This document shows, in pieces, positions 18,082 through 27,027 of a DNA stretch of 38,987 nt. This DNA is from a phage: sequence record PZ379547.1. One strand, 5' to 3'. The notes below the pieces were generated by a model. It ran no database searches and had not been told where the DNA came from. It worked only from the letters and a program-made list of their open reading frames with translations. Numbering within the stretch: the stretch's first letter is position 1; each line of letters begins with the position of its first letter. The position numbers and the translations under genes are program-made.

Positions 18082-18354
18082 ATGGCTATTAATGCTATTG
18101 AAAACGTTGTTAAGCAGTTACAGGAAGAAAGACTCGATGTCCCGAACATCTCCCAGTCTGCCATCCAGTTCCTGCACGTATTGTTCAACGCAAGCTACGC
18201 TGAGAAGATGGGAGCTATTAGTCTCCTCAAGCAGCAGGGCTACAGCGATGCGTTCATTGCCGGATTCATCAAGGGTCTCCAGTATTGCTCTGACACTCTC
18301 GACTCTGCGATTGCTATGCGTCGTGAGCTGAAAGATACCGTTCAGTTCGATTAA
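18082..18354 (+). CDS. Gene 6.5-like hypothetical protein (90 aa)
   Basis: ORF following the promoter with SD (aagaggag); assigned by position only. Confidence 0.5.
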   Translation: MAINAIENVVKQLQEERLDVPNISQSAIQFLHVLFNASYAEKMGAISLLKQQGYSDAFIAGFIKGLQYCSDTLDSAIAMRRELKDTVQFD

Positions 18355-18368
18355 CTGTAGGAGGGACT

Positions 18369-18593
18369 ATGTGTTTCAGTCCAAAGATTAGCACTCCGAA
18401 GCCTTCGGTCCAAGCACCTGAACCAGCACCCCTGAGTGAGGAAGTTGCGTCAGTTGACATCGGGGCTGAATCGGATGTGGACACCAACGAGACCAAAGGT
18501 ATCAAAGACCTGAAGGTCAAGAAGGAGTCTGCAACTAAAGATAAATCGTCAGTAAGTCGCGCTATGCGAGCCTCTGGCGTCAACATGGGGTAA
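18369..18593 (+). CDS. gp6.7: Gene 6.7-like virion protein (74 aa)
   Basis: N-terminus MCFSPKI.TPK and EPAPL match my partial recollection of T7 gp6.7; SD gtaggaggg. Confidence 0.7.
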   Translation: MCFSPKISTPKPSVQAPEPAPLSEEVASVDIGAESDVDTNETKGIKDLKVKKESATKDKSSVSRAMRASGVNMG

Positions 18594-18597
18594 GACA

Positions 18598-19020
18598 ATG
18601 CTACCATATATCAACTCACGCGAAGGTCGCCACATGTGCGCTTGTCGCCTCTGGGAAGACGGGCAGTCTAACTTCAAGTCATTCGAGGACTTCAAGGCTC
18701 ATACTTACCGTATGGCTGACGAGTTCGATGGTGAAGAGTACACAATCTACGATGTCTCAGGCCAACCAGTAGCGTATCTCTACATGCTGGCTACCACATC
18801 TTGGCACCGACCGACTCCCGGTCTTGACCTTTCAATCGTCGCTATTCGTCGTGACTCGCAGTCCTCCCGCAAGGTTCTTGAGACTGTCAGGTACATCATA
18901 GACGAAGAGTGCAAGCGTTGGGGTCTTGGCTGGTATTCTCGTGTCAAGCATGTTTCCGGGTCGGTAGACATCGTAACAACCAAGTGCGTTAGCACGAACA
19001 AGGAGATTAACCGTGGGTAA
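18598..19020 (+). CDS. Gene 7-like hypothetical protein (140 aa) by position
   Basis: ORF between 6.7 and 7.3; no recognisable motif. Confidence 0.45.
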   Translation: MLPYINSREGRHMCACRLWEDGQSNFKSFEDFKAHTYRMADEFDGEEYTIYDVSGQPVAYLYMLATTSWHRPTPGLDLSIVAIRRDSQSSRKVLETVRYIIDEECKRWGLGWYSRVKHVSGSVDIVTTKCVSTNKEINRG

Positions 19021-19261
19021 ATCAATCAGTAAGGCCTTCAGTAAAGTAGTAAAAGGTGCTTTAGGGACCGTTGGTCTTGGTTCTAACGATGCACCTAAGG
19101 TTGTTGAGGCTCAGACCCCAGCAGCGCCAGTGGAAGTACCGAACGACAAAGTGGAAGATGTGGATACCGAAGCGACTGCATCTGATGAGAAGAAAGTGAA
19201 GCGTTCCGGTAAGCGTAGCCTTCAGGTCTCTCGCACCTCTGGTGGCGGTATTTCTATTTAA
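19013..19261 (+). CDS. gp7.3: Gene 7.3-like tail/host-range protein (82 aa, GTG start)
   Basis: MGKSISKAFSKVVKG ... SGKRSLQVSRTSGGGISI resembles recalled T7 gp7.3 (... KKSLSVARSSGGGINI); GGAG 7 nt upstream of GTG. Confidence 0.75.
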   Translation: MGKSISKAFSKVVKGALGTVGLGSNDAPKVVEAQTPAAPVEVPNDKVEDVDTEATASDEKKVKRSGKRSLQVSRTSGGGISI

Positions 19262-19272
19262 GGAGGTGACGA

Positions 19273-20841
19273 ATGGCTGAACGTGAAGGGTTCGCTGCTG
19301 AAGGAGCCAAAGCGGTCTATGACCGACTGAAGAACGGTAGACAGCCATATGAGACACGCGCTCAGAACTGTGCTGCTGTCACTATCCCGTCACTGTTTCC
19401 TAAGGAGTCCGACAACTCGTCTACTGAGTACACAACTCCGTGGCAAGCTGTAGGTGCTCGCTGTTTGAACAACTTGGCTGCAAAGCTGATGTTGGCATTA
19501 TTCCCTCAGTCACCGTGGATGCGACTGACAGTCTCCGAATATGAGGCCAAGACCTTGAGTCAGGACTCAGAGGCAGCTGCTCGTGTTGACGAAGGGCTGG
19601 CTATGGTCGAGCGTGTGTTGATGGCCTACATGGAGACCAACAGTTTCCGTGTGCCATTGTTCGAAGCTCTGAAGCAGCTTATCGTCTCCGGTAACTGTCT
19701 GCTCTACATTCCAGAGCCTGAACAGGGAACCTACAGTCCTATGCGAATGTACCGCTTAGTGTCATACGTTGTTCAACGTGATGCGTTCGGTAACATCTTG
19801 CAGATTGTGACTCTCGACAAGGTAGCGTTTAGTGCTCTACCGGAGGACGTGAAGTCTCAACTCAACGCAGATGACTATGAGCCTGACACCGAGCTGGAAG
19901 TGTATACGCACATCTACCGTCAGGACGACGAGTATCTACGCTACGAGGAAGTGGAAGGCATTGAGGTAGCAGGGACCGATGGTTCTTACCCACTGACTGC
20001 CTGTCCATACATCCCGGTACGAATGGTTCGACTGGACGGTGAAGACTACGGTCGTTCTTACTGCGAGGAGTATCTGGGAGACCTTAACTCGCTGGAGACG
20101 ATTACAGAAGCTATCACCAAAATGGCTAAGGTAGCCTCCAAGGTGGTGGGCCTCGTTAACCCGAACGGTATCACGCAACCTCGTCGTCTGAACAAGGCGG
20201 CTACAGGTGAGTTCGTGGCTGGTCGCGTTGAGGACATCAACTTCCTGCAACTGACGAAAGGTCAGGACTTTACGATTGCCAAGTCGGTGGCTGACGCTAT
20301 CGAGCAACGTTTAGGCTGGGCCTTCCTTCTTAATAGTGCTGTTCAGCGTAATGCAGAGCGTGTCACTGCTGAAGAGATTCGTTATGTTGCTGGCGAACTG
20401 GAGGCGACCTTAGGTGGCGTGTACTCAGTACAGTCACAAGAGCTTCAGTTACCTATCGTCCGTGTGCTGATGAACCAACTTCAGTCTGCTGGCATGATTC
20501 CTGACCTTCCGAAAGAAGCAGTAGAGCCTACTGTCTCCACTGGTCTGGAAGCGTTAGGTCGTGGTCAGGACTTGGAGAAGCTGACTCAGGCGGTTAACAT
20601 GATGACTGGTCTTCAGCCGCTATCTCAGGACCCGGACATCAACTTGCCGACCCTTAAGCTACGACTCCTGAACGCTCTGGGTATCGACACCGCTGGCCTA
20701 CTCCTGACGCAAGACGAGAAGATTCAGCGCATGGCTGAGCAGTCGTCTCAACAGGCAGTTGTCCAAGGTGCTGGCGCTGCTGGTGCTAACATGGGCGCTG
20801 CTGTAGGTCAGGGAGCTGGTGAGGACATGGCTCAAGCCTAA
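19273..20841 (+). CDS. gp8: Portal (head-tail connector) protein (T7 gene 8 homolog), 522 aa
   Basis: YETRAQNCA..TIPSLFPK, TPWQAVGAR, RMYRLVSYVVQRDAFGN, RMVRLDGEDYGRSY, TAEEIRYVAGELE match recalled T7 gp8. Confidence 0.95.
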   Translation: MAEREGFAAEGAKAVYDRLKNGRQPYETRAQNCAAVTIPSLFPKESDNSSTEYTTPWQAVGARCLNNLAAKLMLALFPQSPWMRLTVSEYEAKTLSQDSEAAARVDEGLAMVERVLMAYMETNSFRVPLFEALKQLIVSGNCLLYIPEPEQGTYSPMRMYRLVSYVVQRDAFGNILQIVTLDKVAFSALPEDVKSQLNADDYEPDTELEVYTHIYRQDDEYLRYEEVEGIEVAGTDGSYPLTACPYIPVRMVRLDGEDYGRSYCEEYLGDLNSLETITEAITKMAKVASKVVGLVNPNGITQPRRLNKAATGEFVAGRVEDINFLQLTKGQDFTIAKSVADAIEQRLGWAFLLNSAVQRNAERVTAEEIRYVAGELEATLGGVYSVQSQELQLPIVRVLMNQLQSAGMIPDLPKEAVEPTVSTGLEALGRGQDLEKLTQAVNMMTGLQPLSQDPDINLPTLKLRLLNALGIDTAGLLLTQDEKIQRMAEQSSQQAVVQGAGAAGANMGAAVGQGAGEDMAQA

Positions 20842-20859
20842 ACTATCACTATAGGAACA
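20837..20859 (+). promoter_or_regulatory. Phage RNAP promoter (T7 phi9-like position)
   Basis: cctaaactatcactataggaaca; +1 G at 20854; overlaps portal stop. Confidence 0.8.
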
Positions 20860-20938
20860 ACACCGTAAGTCCAACTCTAGGGGAGTAAACTAGACGAGGC
20901 AGGTGTTGCCTATTAACGACTTAAAGGAGAATGACTCA

Positions 20939-21823
20939 ATGTCTCAATCAGTTTATGCCGAGTTCGGCGTTAGCTCTAATGCAATCACTGGTTCCGTTGA
21001 GGACCTGAACGAACACCAGAAGTCTATGCTTGAACAGGACGTATCGGTTCGTGATGGCGACGATGCTATTACCTTCAAGCAACTGGAAGCTGAAACCGAA
21101 GAGGCTACCGAAGAAGACGATAACGTCGACGAGACTGAAGGTGAAGAAGACCACGAGTCCGATGACGAAGAGTCTGAGACCGATGGTGAGCAGCCTGAGT
21201 TCATCGAACTGGGTGATGCACCAAAAGAGCTGACCGAAAGTGTCACCGCTCTGGATGAAAACGAAGCTGCATTCGACGACATGGTGTCTTCTGCTGTAGA
21301 AGCTGGCAAGGTCACTGCTGATGAAATTACCGCTATCAAGGCTGAATACGCCAAGGACGGTAAGCTGTCTGACGCATCCTACGCTAAGTTGCAGGAAGCA
21401 GGTTACACCAAGCGTTTCGTAGATTCGTTTGTCCGTGGTCAGGAAGCTCTTGCTGAACAGTATGCTGCTGGTGTGGTTCGCTACGCTGGTGGTGCTGAAC
21501 AGTTTAATCGCATCCTGTCACACCTTGAGTCCAACGACCCGTCAACTCGTGAAGCACTTGAAGCTGCTATCGTTCGTAAGGACATTGCGACTACCAAAGC
21601 TCTGCTGAATCTGGCTGGCAAGACACTTGGCAAAGCTGTTGGCGTTAAACCTCAGCGTACAATCACCACTCAGGCTAAACCTGTGGTAGCACCTAAGGCT
21701 CCTCAGACCGAAGCATTCAGCTCTAAGGCTGACATGATTAAGGCTATGAGTGACCCGCGATACCTGCGTGACGCTAAGTACACGATGGAAGTTCGCGCTA
21801 AGGTAGCTGCCTCAAGCCTGTAG
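20939..21823 (+). CDS. gp9: Capsid assembly (scaffolding) protein (T7 gene 9 homolog), 294 aa
   Basis: Highly acidic Glu/Asp-rich protein between portal and major capsid; start moved from GTG 20903 to ATG 20939 (AGGAG upstream). Confidence 0.8.
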   Translation: MSQSVYAEFGVSSNAITGSVEDLNEHQKSMLEQDVSVRDGDDAITFKQLEAETEEATEEDDNVDETEGEEDHESDDEESETDGEQPEFIELGDAPKELTESVTALDENEAAFDDMVSSAVEAGKVTADEITAIKAEYAKDGKLSDASYAKLQEAGYTKRFVDSFVRGQEALAEQYAAGVVRYAGGAEQFNRILSHLESNDPSTREALEAAIVRKDIATTKALLNLAGKTLGKAVGVKPQRTITTQAKPVVAPKAPQTEAFSSKADMIKAMSDPRYLRDAKYTMEVRAKVAASSL

Positions 21824-21824
21824 G

Positions 21825-21847
21825 ACTAAACTATCACTATAGGGAGA
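21825..21847 (+). promoter_or_regulatory. Phage RNAP promoter upstream of capsid gene (T7 phi10-like), with 5' leader hairpin
   Basis: actaaactatcactatagggaga; +1 G at 21842; leader GGGAGACC ... GGUUUCCC can pair, like the T7 phi10 leader. Confidence 0.9.
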
Positions 21848-21949
21848 CCAAGAGACAGACTCAAGGTTTCCCTATTACTTCAGTCCATACGGATTGGGCA
21901 TACAGTAAGTAATAAACTTTATCTTTCAATTGAATAGGAGAATTATCAT

Positions 21950-22999
21950 ATGGCAAAAGTTCCGGGTCAGAAAGTTGGTACAGACCAAGGTAAAGGCAAA
22001 TCTGGTTCCGACGCTCTGGCGTTGTTCCTGAAGGTCTTTGCTGGCGAAGTCCTGACAGCATTCACTCGCCGCTCTGTAACTGCTGACAAGCATATTGTCC
22101 GTACCATTCAGAACGGTAAGTCTGCTCAGTTCCCGGTCATGGGTCGCACCTCTGGTGTGTATCTGGCTCCGGGTGAGCGACTGTCCGATAAGCGTAAAGA
22201 TATCAAACATACCGAGAAAGTGATTACCATTGATGGTCTGCTGACTGCCGATGTGATGATTTTCGACATTGAAGACGCGATGAACCACTATGACGTGGCT
22301 GGCGAGTACTCCAACCAGTTGGGCGAAGCTCTGGCTATCGCTGCCGATGGTGCGGTACTGGCTGAGATGGCTATTCTGTGTAACCTACCGGCTGCATCTA
22401 ATGAAAACATCGCTGGTCTTGGCAAAGCGTCTGTGCTGGAAGTTGGTACTAAAGCAGGCCTGAACACTCCGGCTAAGCTGGGTGAAGCAATCATCGGTCA
22501 ACTGACCATTGCTCGTGCGAAGCTGACATCCAACTACGTTCCTGCTGGCGACCGTTACTTCTACACCACGCCGGACAACTACTCTGCAATCCTCGCGGCT
22601 CTGATGCCGAACGCTGCTAACTATGCTGCGCTGATTGACCCAGAGACTGGTAACATCCGTAACGTAATGGGCTTCGTGGTTGTTGAAGTTCCACACTTGA
22701 CTCAGGGTGGTGCTGGGGAAACTCGTGGTGCCGATGGTATCACTATTGCGACTGGTCAGAAGCACGCCTTCCCAGCTACTGCTACTGGTGATGTTAAAGT
22801 TGCTCTGGACAACGTTGTGGGCCTGTTCTCTCACCGTTCTGCTGTGGGTACTGTGAAGCTTCGTGACTTGGCGCTGGAACGTGACCGTGACGTCGATGCT
22901 CAGGGCGACCTGATTGTTGGTAAATACGCTATGGGTCACGGTGGTCTGCGTCCTGAAGCGGCTGGCGCACTGGTTTTCAGTCCAGCAGCAGCGGGTTAA
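21950..22999 (+). CDS. gp10A: Major capsid protein 10A (T7 gene 10A homolog), 349 aa
   Basis: LALFLKVF.GEVLTAF, KRKDIKHTEKVITIDGLLTADV, LMPNAANYAALIDPE, VGTVKLRDLALER, AMGHGGLRPEAAG match recalled T7 gp10A; strong SD (taggag). Confidence 0.97.
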   Translation: MAKVPGQKVGTDQGKGKSGSDALALFLKVFAGEVLTAFTRRSVTADKHIVRTIQNGKSAQFPVMGRTSGVYLAPGERLSDKRKDIKHTEKVITIDGLLTADVMIFDIEDAMNHYDVAGEYSNQLGEALAIAADGAVLAEMAILCNLPAASNENIAGLGKASVLEVGTKAGLNTPAKLGEAIIGQLTIARAKLTSNYVPAGDRYFYTTPDNYSAILAALMPNAANYAALIDPETGNIRNVMGFVVVEVPHLTQGGAGETRGADGITIATGQKHAFPATATGDVKVALDNVVGLFSHRSAVGTVKLRDLALERDRDVDAQGDLIVGKYAMGHGGLRPEAAGALVFSPAAAG

Positions 23000-23262
23000 T
23001 GACCTTCAGGACTCTCTCTACTGAGGGTCCTACCTTGGAAACCTTGGAGTCCTCAGTGGGTGTCAGTATTAAGGTTGACTTCCCTGAGCTGGCAGATGTG
23101 ACCGACTGGTCTCTGCTGGATGTAACCATGCCGGATGGTGTGAGCTACTCTCGTAGAACTTCAAGTCTCTACTTCAAGGCCACCGATGCTGTGACAGGTC
23201 TTGTAACTGTTGGATATGACGGGTCTACCGTTAGGTCATTCAACGTTTCGTTCACAAACTAA
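21950..23262 (+). CDS. gp10B: Minor capsid protein 10B, predicted -1 frameshift product (shift at G GTT TTC, 22972-22978, into the 22999..23262 frame)
   Basis: Heptamer GGTTTTC lies 6 codons before the 10A stop; the -1 frame stays open for about 94 more codons to TAA 23260-23262; same arrangement as T7 10A/10B. Confidence 0.65.
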
Positions 23263-23268
23263 TTGAAA

Positions 23269-23304
23269 CCCCTTGGGTGCCTTCGGGTGCTTGAGGGGTT
23301 TTTT
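23269..23304 (+). terminator. Strong intrinsic terminator after capsid gene (T7 Tphi-like)
   Basis: CCCCUUGGGUGCC-UUCG-GGUGCUUGAGGGG (13-bp stem with G-U pairs, UUCG tetraloop) followed by UUUUUU. Confidence 0.9.
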
Positions 23305-23319
23305 GCTTAAGGAGGGCCT

Positions 23320-23886
23320 ATGGCTCAATACATTCCACTGAACGCTAACGATGACTTAGATGCCATCAACGATATGTTAGCTGCTATAGGTGAACCAGCA
23401 GTCCTACAGCTTGACGAGGGTAACGCTGACGTCTCTAACGCTCAACGTATCCTACATCGTGTCAATCGTCAGGTCCAAGCTAAAGGCTGGAACTTTAACA
23501 TCAACGAAGCTGCTGTCCTGACACCTGATGTCCAAGACAATAGGATTCGATTCTTGCCGTCATACCTTCGTGTAATGACCGCTGGGGCCACCAGCTACTA
23601 CAGCAACATGGGTGGATACCTGTACGACCTGTCCACTCAGTCGACCACTTTCACCGACCCTATCACGGTAGAGCTTGTGGAGATGAAGCCATTCTCAGAG
23701 ATGCCTGTGGTCTTCAGGGACTACATCGTTACCAAGGCCAGCCGTGAGTTCAACGCTAAGTTCTTCGGTAGCCCAGAGTCTGAACTGTACCTTCGTGAGC
23801 AGGAAGCAGAACTCTATCAGCAGGTCATGGAATACGAGATGGATACTGGTCGCTACAACATGATGTCCGACATAGGGAGAGACTAA
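23320..23886 (+). CDS. gp11: Tail tubular protein A (T7 gene 11 homolog), 188 aa
   Basis: INDMLAAIGEPAV, NAQRILHRVNRQVQAKGWNFNI, FRDYIVTKASREFNAKFFGSPE, MEYEMD match recalled T7 gp11. Confidence 0.92.
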   Translation: MAQYIPLNANDDLDAINDMLAAIGEPAVLQLDEGNADVSNAQRILHRVNRQVQAKGWNFNINEAAVLTPDVQDNRIRFLPSYLRVMTAGATSYYSNMGGYLYDLSTQSTTFTDPITVELVEMKPFSEMPVVFRDYIVTKASREFNAKFFGSPESELYLREQEAELYQQVMEYEMDTGRYNMMSDIGRD

Positions 23887-24113
23887 TGGCTAGTCACAAC
23901 CTGAAGATTCACCGCCAGCACTTTGGTCCGGTACAACTAGGTCTAAAGACAGCAGAGCTGAGACTTAACGACAGGGACTTTAAGGTTGGCGATTGGCTTA
24001 TCCTGAATGAGTGGGACAACGGGTATACTGGACAACAGGTAGCACGTAAGGTTGTCCACATTGCTGACGTTGGTGACATCGCTGAGGGATACGTCCTAAT
24101 GAGTATGATCTAA
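23886..24113 (+). CDS. ASCH/DUF3850-like small protein (75 aa) inserted between tail tubular genes 11 and 12
   Basis: LKIHRQHFGPVQLGLKTAELRLNDRDFKVGDWLILNEWD...GYVL fits the G-x-K-T-x-E-x-R ... NDR.F.VGD pattern I recall for ASCH/DUF3850; ATG overlaps gp11 stop. Confidence 0.6.
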   Translation: MASHNLKIHRQHFGPVQLGLKTAELRLNDRDFKVGDWLILNEWDNGYTGQQVARKVVHIADVGDIAEGYVLMSMI

Positions 24114-24122
24114 GGAGGGCCT

Positions 24123-26480
24123 ATGCCACTTATCACACAAAGCATAAAAAATCTTAAAGGTGGAATTAGCCAGCAGCCTGACATACTGAGGTTCTCAGAC
24201 CAAGGCGAGGCGCAGGTTAACTGCTGGTCATCAGAGAGTGATGGCCTCCAGAAGCGTCCACCTACAGTCTTCAAGCGACGTCTTAACATCGACGTTGGGA
24301 GCAACCCTAAGTTCCACCTGATTAACCGTGATGAGCAGGAGCAGTATTACATCGTGTTCAACGGGTCCAACATTCAGGTAGTTGACTTGAGCGGTAATCA
24401 ATACTCAGTTTCCGGTGAGGTAGACTACGTTAAGTCGTCCAACCCGCGAGATGACATCCGTGTCGTTACTGTTGCAGACTATACGTTCGTCGTTAACCGT
24501 AAGGTTGTCGTTAAAGGTGGAAGCGATAAGTCACACTCTGGTTATAATCGTAAAGCACGCGCTTTAATTAACCTGCGCGGTGGACAGTATGGTCGCACCC
24601 TTAAGGTAGGAATCAACGGTGGAGTTAAGGTCTCGCATAAGCTGCCAGCAGGTAATGATGCCGAGAATGACCCACCTAAGGTGGACGCTCAAGCCATTGG
24701 TGCAGCTCTGAGAGACCTTCTTGTTGCTGCCTATCCTACCTTCACGTTCGACCTTGGGTCTGGCTTCCTGCTAATCACAGCTCCTTCAGGGACCGACATT
24801 AACTCAGTGGAGACTGAGGATGGATACGCTAACCAGCTAATCAGCCCAGTCCTCGACACGGTGCAAACAATCTCTAAGTTGCCTCTTGCGGCTCCAAATG
24901 GGTACATCATTAAGATTCAAGGTGAGACCAACAGTAGCGCCGATGAATATTACGTGATGTACGACTCCAACACTAAGACGTGGAAGGAGACAGTAGAGCC
25001 GGGAGTGGTCACTGGGTTCGATAACACCACAATGCCACATGCTCTGGTGAGACAATCTGACGGCTCCTTTGAGTTCAAGACTCTGGACTGGTCCAAGCGT
25101 GGTGCTGGTAATGATGACACAAACCCTATGCCTAGCTTCGTGGATGCCACGATTAACGATGTGTTCTTCTACAGGAACAGGCTGGGGTTCTTGTCAGGTG
25201 AGAACGTAATCATGAGCCGTTCAGCCAGCTACTTTGCGTTCTTCCCTAAGAGTGTGGCTACACTGAGTGATGATGATCCTATTGACGTAGCTGTAAGTCA
25301 TCCTAGAATCTCAATCCTTAAGTATGCCGTTCCGTTTAGCGAGCAGCTACTACTTTGGTCGGATGAGGTGCAGTTCGTGATGACAAGCTCTGGGGTCCTT
25401 ACCTCGAAGTCTATCCAGCTTGATGTAGGCTCAGAGTTTGCTTTAGGAGATAATGCCAGACCGTTCGCTGTAGGACGCTCAGTCTTCTTCTCAGCTCCTC
25501 GTGGGTCATTCACCAGCATTAAGCGATACTTCGCTGTAGCTGATGTGTCTGATGTGAAGGATGCTGATGATACAACCGGTCACGTATTGTCCTACATCCC
25601 TAACGGGGTGTTTGACATTCAGGGGACAGGGACTGAGAACTACATCTGCGTCAACTCTACAGGTGCATACAACCGAATCTACCTCTACAAGTTCTTGTTT
25701 AAGGACGGCGTACAGCTTCAAGCCTCTTGGTCGCACTGGGAGTTCCCTAAAGCTGATAAGATTCTGGCGTCTGCGTCGATTGGCTCTACCATGTTCATTG
25801 TTCGTCAGCACCAAGGCGGCGTGGACCTTGAGCACCTTAAGTTCATCAAGGAGGCAACTGACTTTCCGTTAGAGCCATATAGACTCCACGTTGACTCCAA
25901 GGTGTCTATGGTCATCCCAATTGGCTCGTTTAATGCTGACACATATAAGACTACGGTTGACATTGGTGCTGCTTATGGTGGTAATGCTCCGTCTCCCGGT
26001 CGGTACTATCTGATTGACAGTCAGGGTGCTTATTTGGACCTTGGTGAATTGACCGACATCTCAACTGTGGCTGTACTCAATGGTGATTGGTCAGGACGTA
26101 CAGTGTTCATCGGACGGTCTTATCTGATGTCCTACAAGTTCTCACGGTTCCTGATTAAGATTGAAGACGAGAGTGGCACTCAGTCTGAAGACACTGGTCG
26201 TCTACAGCTTCGTCGTGCTTGGGTAAACTACAAGGACACTGGCGCTCTTAGACTCATTGTCAGAAACGGTGAGCGGGAGTTCGTGAACACCTTTAATGGG
26301 TACACCCTTGGTCAGCAAACCATAGGTACTACCAACATTGGGGATGGTCAGTATCGATTCGCTATGAATGGCAACGCATTAACCACGAGTCTAACCTTAG
26401 AGTCCGACTATCCTACCCCGGTATCCATCGTTGGGTGTGGCTGGGAGGCGTCATACGCTAAGAAAGCTCGTTCCGTCTAA
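24123..26480 (+). CDS. gp12: Tail tubular protein B (T7 gene 12 homolog), 785 aa
   Basis: SQSIKNLKGGISQQPDILR, GLQKRPP, VTVADYTFVVNR, NRLGFLSGEN, DDDPIDVAVS, RLQLRRAWVNY, GCGWE match recalled T7 gp12. Confidence 0.95.
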   Translation: MPLITQSIKNLKGGISQQPDILRFSDQGEAQVNCWSSESDGLQKRPPTVFKRRLNIDVGSNPKFHLINRDEQEQYYIVFNGSNIQVVDLSGNQYSVSGEVDYVKSSNPRDDIRVVTVADYTFVVNRKVVVKGGSDKSHSGYNRKARALINLRGGQYGRTLKVGINGGVKVSHKLPAGNDAENDPPKVDAQAIGAALRDLLVAAYPTFTFDLGSGFLLITAPSGTDINSVETEDGYANQLISPVLDTVQTISKLPLAAPNGYIIKIQGETNSSADEYYVMYDSNTKTWKETVEPGVVTGFDNTTMPHALVRQSDGSFEFKTLDWSKRGAGNDDTNPMPSFVDATINDVFFYRNRLGFLSGENVIMSRSASYFAFFPKSVATLSDDDPIDVAVSHPRISILKYAVPFSEQLLLWSDEVQFVMTSSGVLTSKSIQLDVGSEFALGDNARPFAVGRSVFFSAPRGSFTSIKRYFAVADVSDVKDADDTTGHVLSYIPNGVFDIQGTGTENYICVNSTGAYNRIYLYKFLFKDGVQLQASWSHWEFPKADKILASASIGSTMFIVRQHQGGVDLEHLKFIKEATDFPLEPYRLHVDSKVSMVIPIGSFNADTYKTTVDIGAAYGGNAPSPGRYYLIDSQGAYLDLGELTDISTVAVLNGDWSGRTVFIGRSYLMSYKFSRFLIKIEDESGTQSEDTGRLQLRRAWVNYKDTGALRLIVRNGEREFVNTFNGYTLGQQTIGTTNIGDGQYRFAMNGNALTTSLTLESDYPTPVSIVGCGWEASYAKKARSV

Positions 26481-26487
26481 CTTATTG

Positions 26488-26537
26488 AAGGGCCTATAGA
26501 TTTACCTTAACTATCACTATAGGGACTATAGGCCCTT
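26488..26537 (+). repeat. Perfect 12-bp inverted repeat (aagggcctatag / ctataggccctt) bracketing the gene 13 promoter
   Basis: Arms at 26488-26499 and 26526-26537, read directly. Confidence 0.8.
26505..26527 (+). promoter_or_regulatory. Phage RNAP promoter (T7 phi13-like position)
   Basis: ccttaactatcactatagggact; +1 G at 26522. Confidence 0.85.
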
Positions 26538-26556
26538 AAGGTTATAAGGAGACTTT

Positions 26557-27027
26557 ATGTATATTCGCAAGGCTACGGAACAGGATGTCCACTACTTTCT
26601 GTGGCATCTTTCAGCAGATGATGTTAATGAGTGCAAAGCAAACTACGGGTCAACCGTTGGTCTCTCTGAAAGACTGCTTAAGCACCTATCTCCGTCATCT
26701 GTGGTTTTAACGAACGGTGTAGGCGAAGTGTTTGCCTATGGTGGAAACCAAGGGGATAACGTATGGTTCTTGACTTCCGGTCTTGTCCATAAGCTGAGAC
26801 CTAAAGAGAAGCGGGAGTTCATAAAGCGTATCTCTGAGTACAGGGACTTAATGTTAGACCAATACGGGACCATCTGGAACTACGTGTGGTCAGGCAATAA
26901 GTCTCACATTAAATTCTTGAAGTTGCTTGGGGCTAAATTCCATGATGATTGGACTATAAGCCCAGTAACTGGTGAGCGTTTTCAACTATTCACTATCTCT
27001 AAGGAGGACGTATGTGCGAGCCAGTAA
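26557..27027 (+). CDS. Internal virion protein (T7 gene 13 positional equivalent), 156 aa
   Basis: ORF between gp12 and gp14 with SD (taaggag); assigned by synteny. Confidence 0.55.
   Translation: MYIRKATEQDVHYFLWHLSADDVNECKANYGSTVGLSERLLKHLSPSSVVLTNGVGEVFAYGGNQGDNVWFLTSGLVHKLRPKEKREFIKRISEYRDLMLDQYGTIWNYVWSGNKSHIKFLKLLGAKFHDDWTISPVTGERFQLFTISKEDVCASQ

Noticed and set aside
20953-21354. 133-aa Ser-rich minus-strand ORF
   Set aside because: Antisense to the acidic scaffold gene; the Ser-rich product is the complement of GAx/GAy codons.
22385-22939. 184-aa minus-strand ORF
   Set aside because: Lies entirely antisense within the well-supported major capsid gene.
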